From Eledone cirrhosa (lineage: Eukaryota): DNA of 64,000 nucleotides. The stretch is from contig OZ024742.1 of the NCBI GenBank assembly GCA_964016885.1, forward strand, positions 19,778,001 to 19,842,000, written 5' to 3'. The notes beneath the pieces were generated by a model. That model was not told the origin of the DNA, made no database searches, and saw only the letters and a program-made list of their open reading frames with translations. Shown piece by piece: positions 55,584 through 64,000 of the stretch. Each line of letters begins with the position of its first letter. Within the stretch, counting starts at the first letter, position 1. The position numbers were made by a program, and so were the translations under genes.

Positions 55584-56416
55584 GAGAGAGATATATAGAG
55601 ATGCGCAGAAAGACAGACACATACGTAGTAATACACACACACACATACATCTAACTTATCTCTCTCTCTATATATAATAATAGGTTGACGTACTAGCATG
55701 GGTTTCACTGCTAGGACCGGTTGTAAATGTAAAATTCCAGAGTAGACACATAGTTATTCACTTTAATATAATTGTTTCTACTGTTGGCACAAGGCCACCT
55801 ATTATCCAGTATATTACTGTTACTTTATTTTATCGACCCCGTAAATAATAATAACCAACCTACACAACAACCAGCCTACACCAATTACAAGTATGGGAAT
55901 AACTACGGACGTCATCTGGCTACAACCGTCGTATTACGTAGTTTCTACATAACAATCTATACACCTAGCTCCACTCCATCTTAGCTATACTACATACGTT
56001 TTAAACCTATAAATATATCATGTTATATTATACACACAATAATACAATAATACACCTTTCCGTGTTGTTTGAAACAAGATAGCGTAGGACAGAACAAAGG
56101 AGAGGCACAAAAACAAAGTAAAGAATCCCCAGTCACTGAAGAGGTCACAGAATGTGTGACGAAAGAACTTTGACAATATATAAACAACCATCTGGTTGTG
56201 GAACCAACCAACCAACCATCTGGTTGTGGAACCAACCAACCAACCAACCGGAAATTTATGAATTCCTAAATTTATAAATTTATTATAATAAATTGAAGTG
56301 AAAGCAACTGGTGCGTGTGTTTCTTATTGGCAACATGACCCTCCCAAAGTATAACAATATCGGTTTCAACACACGTTTTCAGATAAAGAATCTTGCTAAA
56401 CAAATTCAGAAACGAC

Positions 56417-56491
<75 letters not shown>

Positions 56492-56496
<5 letters not shown>

Positions 56497-57286
56497 GAAT
56501 AATCGAGTATCGAAAAATCGGCGCACGAGTTCACGATAAACAAAATTCGAAATGAGCGGCAGAGGGCTCAATAATTCAGATAAATCAGATCTATAACTAT
56601 CGTTAAAATACCGTCACACATAGAACAAGTCTATAATCAACCATACGACCGAAAAATTGCGATCTGGAAGATTCGGGACACTCAGATAAAATATCAATAA
56701 ATCAATAAATCAAATGAGTGTAAAAAGCATACCCGGACCCGCTAGAAAGATGGTAAATCTAGCTTCTTGGGTTTCTGTAAATCCTTAAACTGCCCTCTAT
56801 CAGCTCACATAAAAATATATAAGACTTCTAGGAGCCAGCGGACCGGAATTTACTTCCTCAACGAGCTTTTGTCCGAACGAATGAAAAGGCATAACCCAGG
56901 CTGAAAAAACGCACATGGAATACAGCAAGGGAGATAACCTCTATATCCGCAAAAAATATTCGGGAAAATGTGGAAATACACATATCGAATAAGAGTGCTC
57001 AATAGACATGTTAAAATAAACAGGAGCTATTCATCATTTAATAGAATCGACATAAAATGAACAATAAAATTAACTGGTCAATAGCTAGGTCTAGAGCTAA
57101 ATATAGTAGAATAATCGAGTATCGAAAAATCGGCGCACGAGTTCACGATAAACAAAATTCGAAATGAGCGGCAGAGGGCTCAATAATTCAGATAAATCAG
57201 AGCTATAACTATCGTTAAAATACCGTCACACATAGAACAAGTCTATAATCAACCATACGACCGAAAAATTGCGATCTGGAAGATTC
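56492..57286. mobile_element. Non-coding element with 183-bp direct terminal repeats (unit 612 nt)
   Basis: 56492-56674 matches 57104-57286 with about one mismatch. It is a diverged relative of 50955-51897. Confidence 0.88.
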
Positions 57287-57295
57287 ATATATATA

Positions 57296-57464
57296 TTTCA
57301 TTCGTGAGAAATCATTCGTGAGAAATCATCAGGAAGCTCCCGATGATTTCTCACGAATGAAACAGTCCTAGTCCTGTAGAAGCTCTTCTATATTAAAACC
57401 TTTATACTCTGCTATGTATTGAGTACCTTACTTACTGTGGGTACCTCCGATTCAACCCGGAATA
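57296..57464 (+). mobile_element. Fold-back element with hammerhead (family H6)
   Basis: Plus strand: AGCTC-CCGATGA-tttctcacgaat-GAAA-CAG..CTG-TA-GAAGCT. The inverted arm keeps the intact GAGCTTC-CTGATGA. Confidence 0.72.
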
Positions 57465-57545
<81 letters not shown>

Positions 57546-57546
<1 letters not shown>

Positions 57547-57825
57547 CGGTTATATTTAATTTGTTGGGATACAACAAGCAAAATATTTTTATAACTGATA
57601 TAAAGCACTCAACAAATTATTGGAGTAAATATATAATATATTAACAAATGGAAATTCCAACCAGAATGGTTGCTTTTTTTCAGGTTATGTCAATATATAT
57701 TTATAAAACTAACCTATATTATATTTTATCTGATGAAAGCGCTCCATAATTTGCCTTGGTGGCCCTTGAAATATGTATAATGAAATAAATATGGTTTTAT
57801 AAATATAGTTTCCATTTGTTAATAT

Positions 57826-57830
<5 letters not shown>
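57546..57830. mobile_element. H1 element with internal inversion
   Basis: 57546-57655 has the same orientation as 38606-38714, while 57685-57828 is inverted. A 20-bp inverted overlap AATATATTAACAAATGGAAA is present. Confidence 0.8.
57722..57787 (+). ncRNA. Type I hammerhead ribozyme (family H1)
   Basis: TATTTTAT-CTGATGA-AAG...CTT-GAAA-TATGTA-TA-ATGAAATA. Confidence 0.85.
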
Positions 57831-57888
<58 letters not shown>

Positions 57889-57916
57889 GTGGTTACACAA
57901 CAGTTAGTTCACCACA

Positions 57917-57956
57917 CCGAGAACAATTGTTTCACCTTCGCGGATCTTCAGCTCGG
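57917..57956 (-). ncRNA. Minimal type I hammerhead (H7, inverted copy)
   Basis: Exact reverse complement of 58549-58588. Confidence 0.85.
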
Positions 57957-58548
57957 GATGTGTATGGTTATAGGAACAGGAAGGACAACCGTACAAACGC
58001 GCATGCGCAGAAACTCGGTCGCTTCACACAGGCAATACTAGACTGCGTGCAGGAGGTGTAAGGGATCAACTGCGAAAGTCCGGAAAGTTTTTAGGTTGAA
58101 AATAAAATAAAAAAATTAAAAATAAAATTACGAAGAATCAGTCCGAAGCCTTGTAGTTATGCAATAGATGTTTGGTGACGTGTGGACAACGTGTGAAAAA
58201 TTCACTTCTCGTGTTTAGGCAATCACTATTGCGTAATCTCTCGAACGAATAACTATCCTAAAGAGATTACGCAATAGTGATTGCCTAAACACGAGAAGTG
58301 AATTTTTCACACGTTGTCCACACGTCACCAAACATCTATTGCATAACTACAAGGCTCCGGACTGATTCTTCGTAATTTTATTTTTAATTTTTTGAATTTT
58401 ATTTTCAACCTAAAAACTTTCCGGACTTTCGCAGTTATCTCCCTTACACCTCCCGCACGCAGTCTAGTATTGCCTGTGTGAAGCGACCAAGTTTCTGCGC
58501 ATGCGCGTTTGTACGGTTGTCCTTCCTGTTCCTATAACCATACACATC

Positions 58549-58588
58549 CCGAGCTGAAGATCCGCGAAGGTGAAACAATTGTTCTCGG
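58549..58588 (+). ncRNA. Minimal type I hammerhead (H7)
   Basis: CCGAG-CTGAAGA-tCCgcgaaGGt-GAAA-CAATTG-TT-CTCGG. Confidence 0.87.
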
Positions 58589-58689
58589 TGTGGTGAACTA
58601 ACTGTTGTGTAACCACTTCTACCTAACTCGTCCCTCGGACTGAGTGCTCTACCACTACCGATATTACCTTCCAGTGTTCTACCACTATA

Positions 58690-58766
<77 letters not shown>

Positions 58767-58994
58767 GTATGTATATATATGTATATATGTACATATATAT
58801 ACATATACATTTTACCCGCCCTAGTTATATATAGATATATATGTGTGTGTGTGTGTGTATGTATATATATATATATGTGTGTGTATGTGTGTGTATGTGT
58901 GTGTGTGTGTGTGTACGATGCATATGCTTGTATTTCTGGCTAACATCTGTTGGTTAAGGATTACTATTTTTGTGTCAGAAGTGTACTAACATGG

Positions 58995-59970
58995 ACATAC
59001 ACACACACATACATGCAGACACATACACACACACACACACACATGCAGACACATACACACACACACACACATACATGCAGACACATATACACACACACAC
59101 ACACATGCAGACACATACACACACTCTCACATGCAGACACATACACACACACACACACATACATGCAGACACATACACACACACATACATGCAGACACAT
59201 ACACACACATACATGCAGACACATACACACACTCTCACATGCAGACACATACACACACACACACATACATGCAGACACATACACACACACACATACATGC
59301 AGACACATACACACACTCTCACATGCAGACACATACACACACACACACATACATGCAGACACATACACACACACACATACATGCAGACACATACACACAC
59401 TCTCACATGCAGACACATACACACACACACACATACATGCAGACACATACACACACACACACATGCAGACACATACACACACACACACATACATGCAGAC
59501 ACATACACACACACACATACATGCAGACACATACACACACTCTCACATGCAGACACATACACACACACACACATACATGCAGACACACACACACACACAC
59601 ATACATGCAGACACATACACACACTCTCACATGCAGACACATACACACACGCATATACATGCAGACACATACACACACTCTCACATGCAGACACATACAC
59701 ACACGCACATACATGCAGACACACACACACACTCTCACATGCAGACACATACACACACACAGATACATGCAGACACATACACACACTCTCACATGCAGAC
59801 ACATACACACACGCACATACATGTAGACACATACACACACTCTCACATGCAGACACATACACACACACATGCATGTAGACACATACACACACTCTCACAT
59901 GCAGACACATACACACACGCACATACATGTAGACACATACACACACTCTCACATGCACCTCACACACACA
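58995..59970. repeat. CA-rich minisatellite (ACATGCAGACACATACACAC, 20-28 bp units)
   Basis: Seen directly. Confidence 0.95.
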
Positions 59971-60585
59971 TACTCATTTTCTTTAGTAATACCATTTTAA
60001 TACCAACTGCTTCACCCTAGACACACACATACTAGTATACACACACACACACACATGTACACACACACATGTACACACACGCGCGCAAATAATTTCAAAT
60101 ACACACACATACACACACACATATGTACACACACACACGCGCACACGCAAATAATTTCAAACACACACACACATACACACAAACACATGTACACATATGC
60201 TGAAACTCTCAAACACACACACATGCACACAAGCATATAACTCTCTAACACACACACACATACACATACACACATACATGAACATACTCCCAAACACACA
60301 CACGCACACGCTCATACACATACATATAGTCCCAAACATACACACGCACACACATACATATACTCCCAAGCACACACTCACACACTCCGCTTCCTCATCT
60401 CTCTCTGTAAATAATTATTTTTAATTTTGACACAAGACCAGCTATTTTGTAGCAGGGGGGGGGGGGTTATATCGTGAACAGTATCTAACTGGTATCTTAT
60501 TTCATCGACTTTGGAAAGATAACCTCGGCTGGATTTGAACTCATAACATAAAGAATCAAAACAAATACCTCTATACATTTGTTTT

Positions 60586-60810
60586 GAAGGCGCATAGCTT
60601 AGTGGTTAGAGCATTGGGCTTGCAATTCTCGGCCCGGGTGGTGTGTTGTTTCCTTAAGCAAGACACTTTATTTCACGCTGTTCCAGTTTACTCAGCTGTA
60701 GAAATGAGATGATAGGACTGGGATCCCTATCATTAAATCATCCAAGACACCTCCAACGAGATATACCTTGGAGAAGGCCAGCTAAACCTGCCTATGTGTG
60801 AGCTGTCACA
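60586..60810 (+). mobile_element. Type 2 (CORE) SINE, same subfamily as 37348
   Basis: Aligns with 37350-37590. Confidence 0.9.
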
Positions 60811-60866
60811 CACATACATTTGTTTATCTCTCTACCATCTGTCAAATCCTACTCCTTCTCTATACC

Positions 60867-61152
60867 TAAAAGGTCTAAAGTGTGTCTCGAGCCAGGAAGC
60901 TCACCGGGTTACTGTTGATCCTGGTTTCCCTGATGTGAAGCGACTGGGAGTACTAGACTCCGCCCTCGACAGGACACCATTCCATCGCAGAGTTAAATAC
61001 CCATCTATTACTGGTACTCATTTTCAGCCAACTAATCTGGAGCAACGTGAAATGAAGTGTTTTGCTCAAGAACACAACACACAACCCAGTCCAGAAATCG
61101 AACCCATGATATTATGATAGTAAGTCCAACACCCTTACCACTAGGCCATGCT
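60867..61152 (-). mobile_element. Type 2 (CORE) SINE with an alternative 3' region
   Basis: tRNA head and CORE on the minus strand. Aligns with the 12232-12940 halves. Confidence 0.85.
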
Positions 61153-61879
61153 CCTCCACCTTTCTTTATATATTAATACCATATTTAACTTAACTCTAAA
61201 TACAAATGTTTTAATACTAAATGTGAGACAATAGATTTTATTATCTTCTAGTCGGACAATGCTAACCTTTATAGAAATGGATGACCACCACTATACGTTC
61301 TCTAAACTGTCGTTAATCTTATATTTTTACTTTGATTGGTTTATCAATTCATTAATAGATGGATTAGATTGACTTTCCAATTAATGACTTAACTAATTAG
61401 TTCACTAATAAGCTTGGCTTTCGTCAAACAAGCAGAAAAGAATATGGTTCTTATGTTTCAAATTTCTTTCGAACTAACCATGACTTGATCACCATAATGG
61501 CAGATCAATTGAATTGATCTCAGCAGTTGATTGATTTTGGAGTTTGTTTGCTTTGTTTTTTCATGGATCTGGGCGGACATTTTATTTAGACCGTAAATAG
61601 ACATTTTGTTCGGCATGCTACAATTTATTATCCACACTAGCCTAAGAAATCATTATAAATTATTTTTATAAACGGTTATTATCTTAAGCTCAAATCCATC
61701 ACTGTCGATGCTATAAAACTGTTCAAGGTTAAAACAACATATCACTGAAATATTTACGTTATAAATGCTATTGTTTTTATTTGAGACAAGCCGTAATTAT
61801 TTGCCATATAAAAGACATCCAGATTTTAAAAATACCTGATGGAGGTGGGCAATAATTTCCTTCTTTGTTCTCGTAAAGA

Positions 61880-62525
61880 AGGTGGATTGGCAATATTGTT
61901 AGAGACTCGGAAGATATGTTTTGTAGCAATTTAATTCTGCCCATTACGTTCTGAGTTCAAATCTCGTCACAGTAAATTCTACCTTTTTATTCTTCCGGAG
62001 TCGATAAAATAAAGTACCAGTCATGTGCTGGGGTCGATTTAAACTTTTTACCCCCTCCTTGAAATTATTGGCCTTGTGCCTAAACCAGAAACCAATATAT
62101 GGGTAGTGGATTTGCAGAATTGGTAGAGCGTCGGACAACATGCTTTGCAGCATGCAGTTACGACCCTTTACATTCTTATTTCAAATCCCACTGGAGTCGA
62201 TAAAATAAAGTACCAGTCATGTGCTGGGATCGATGTAATCGACCTCCCCTCCCTTCCCCATAAATTGTTTGCCTTGTTCCTAAATTAGAAATCGTTATTC
62301 TCAAAAAGTGGTAGATTGGCAGAATCATTAGAGTGTCGAACAAAAGTCTTTATAGCATTTAGTTTCGGCCCTTTACGTTCTGCATACCAATCCCTCCGAG
62401 GTCAAGTTTACCTTTTATCCTTTCGAAATCGATAAAATAAAGTCCCAGGAAAAATATCGAGGTCGATTTAGTAGATTTTCTATCCCCTAAAATTACTGGC
62501 TTTATGTTGAAATTAGAAAACTTTA
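61880..62525 (+). mobile_element. Three tandem diverged type 1 SINEs
   Basis: GTGGATTGGCA...GTCGATAAAATAAAGT recurs, starting near 61881, 62105 and 62310. Confidence 0.85.
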
Positions 62526-62545
62526 TTCTTACCATTTATTTTGGA

Positions 62546-62703
62546 ACTAACCCTATGTCTAGTTAATCCTACATTTAGTTAATTCTATGTCTAGTTAATC
62601 CTACGTCTAGTTAACCCTACGTCTAGTTAACCCTACGTCTAGTTAGCTCTACGTCTAGTTAACCCTATATTTAATCAACCGTATGTCTAGTTAATCCTAC
62701 GTC
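62546..62703. repeat. 16-bp tandem repeat (CTAGTTAACCCTACGT) x ~10
   Basis: Seen directly. Confidence 0.9.
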
Positions 62704-63541
62704 CTTAGTTTTCACCACACATTTCCTTCTTTCTTAGACATCTTTCTATTTAATTCTCCCATCTATCACATAGGCACAGCTCAGTTTCAACTGATTCAAT
62801 GGTCAATGATTCTTGACCATTTAAAAATACCCTTGAACAGCCTTTAAATGCCAGGCAGCAGTATGAATATCTATGGTATTGTAATGAAGTCGTTTTTGAA
62901 CCAGGTGAATCTGATAAAGAATGTTATTCCAAAAATTCCAAGCAGAATCAACAAACGACTACTTTGCTAAAATTTAGTATTTCGTCAGAGACATAGAAAA
63001 AGAAAGTAGCAGTGTAAGATACTATGAGAGGAAAGGGGGAGGGGATTATTAAGCAATGAAAGAAAGGAAGAGAGGAGGAGAGGGTAACAGTCTCTACACC
63101 TAAGTAAAAATCAAAAATTCTAAATCTCAATTTGATCCATCACCTGCTTTATATCACTTCTTGTATCAACAGTTTGATTTTAATTATCAGTTAAGTCTTG
63201 CAAATGTTTCACTATGGAATGGACCTTCGTCAGTTTCGACGATGTATGTTCAAGTTAATCAATCAATGATATAGCCTGCTGATGAGATGGAATTAATTGT
63301 AAATGGCTGAGCATTCCAGAGACATGTACTCTTGAAATAATTCTCAGGGAGATTCAGCATGTTACAGTGTGTGGCAAGGCTGGCCATTTGAATTACAGGT
63401 ACAATCCATCTGAAGGGCTTTCAAACAGTTTTCGTCTACTCAGTTTCACTGTCGAAGAATGTGTCAGCGAGAGGCTATGATAAATGACACTTTCTCAGGA
63501 TTCCACAGCGAACCCAGGATCTAACGCACGCACACACACAC

Positions 63542-63648
<107 letters not shown>

Positions 63649-63697
63649 TATGAGCATCTGCTATAGTGCAGCTGCAACTTCGATTTATACACATTAT

Positions 63698-63835
63698 TCG
63701 GACGCCATGGTTTGCAGCAAAGAGTTACGGCCCTTTATCGTCTGAGTTCAAATCCCGCCGAAGTTAACTTTGCTTTTCCTCCTTACGAGGTCGATAAAAT
63801 AAAGTACCAGTAATGCACTGGGATAATTGCCGGCC
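63698..63835 (+). mobile_element. Type 1 SINE, partial
   Basis: B box and central domain are present. Confidence 0.88.
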
Positions 63836-63911
63836 TATATACATACCCATTATAAGTTGACCGTGGAGGTCTATATTTTGGATATGTCACTATCTTATAC
63901 GTCAAATATTG

Positions 63912-63971
63912 TATTTTATCTGATGAAAACATACTATAATTTAGTATCCTTGAAATATATATAATAAAATA
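63912..63971 (+). ncRNA. Type I hammerhead ribozyme (family H1)
   Basis: TATTTTAT-CTGATGA-AAacATACTAtaatTTAGTATccTT-GAAA-TATATA-TA-ATAAAATA. Confidence 0.87.
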
Positions 63972-64000
63972 AATATGATGCTATAGTCTAACAAAGTTCT

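Larger units (their letters stand above)
57884..58686 (+). mobile_element. Large fold-back element (~358-bp arms, 20-nt spacer) with two inverted hammerheads (family H7)
   Basis: 57884-58241 pairs with 58262-58621 with few mismatches. A unique 65-bp 3' tail follows, and (TA)n lies on both sides. Confidence 0.92.

Overview
AT-rich, microsatellite-saturated animal DNA with no convincing host gene. The SINE types and repeat landscape suggest an octopus or other coleoid cephalopod (inference). The window holds three Tx1-clade (L1 superfamily) non-LTR retrotransposons, two of them near full length but disrupted. It also holds one 5'-truncated Neptune-type Penelope-like element (RT + GIY-YIG) with an inverted pseudo-LTR, a Helitron remnant, about 20 tRNA-derived SINEs of two types, hAT- and piggyBac-like MITEs, an RTE-like 5' fragment, and very long (GTN)n/(TA)n/(CA)n arrays that produce most ORF-track entries. 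The most interesting signal is invisible in the ORF track. Small non-coding elements sit in (TA)n tracts and carry about 12 type I hammerhead-ribozyme motifs (mostly with palindromic helix III) from at least six sequence families. These elements often form fold-back palindromes and share a TGAGTRCT motif near their 3' ends. A separate ~580-650 nt non-coding family occurs as 1.0-1.3-mers with direct terminal repeats and no recognisable ribozyme. All alignments and folds were done by eye, so coordinates may be off by a few bases.
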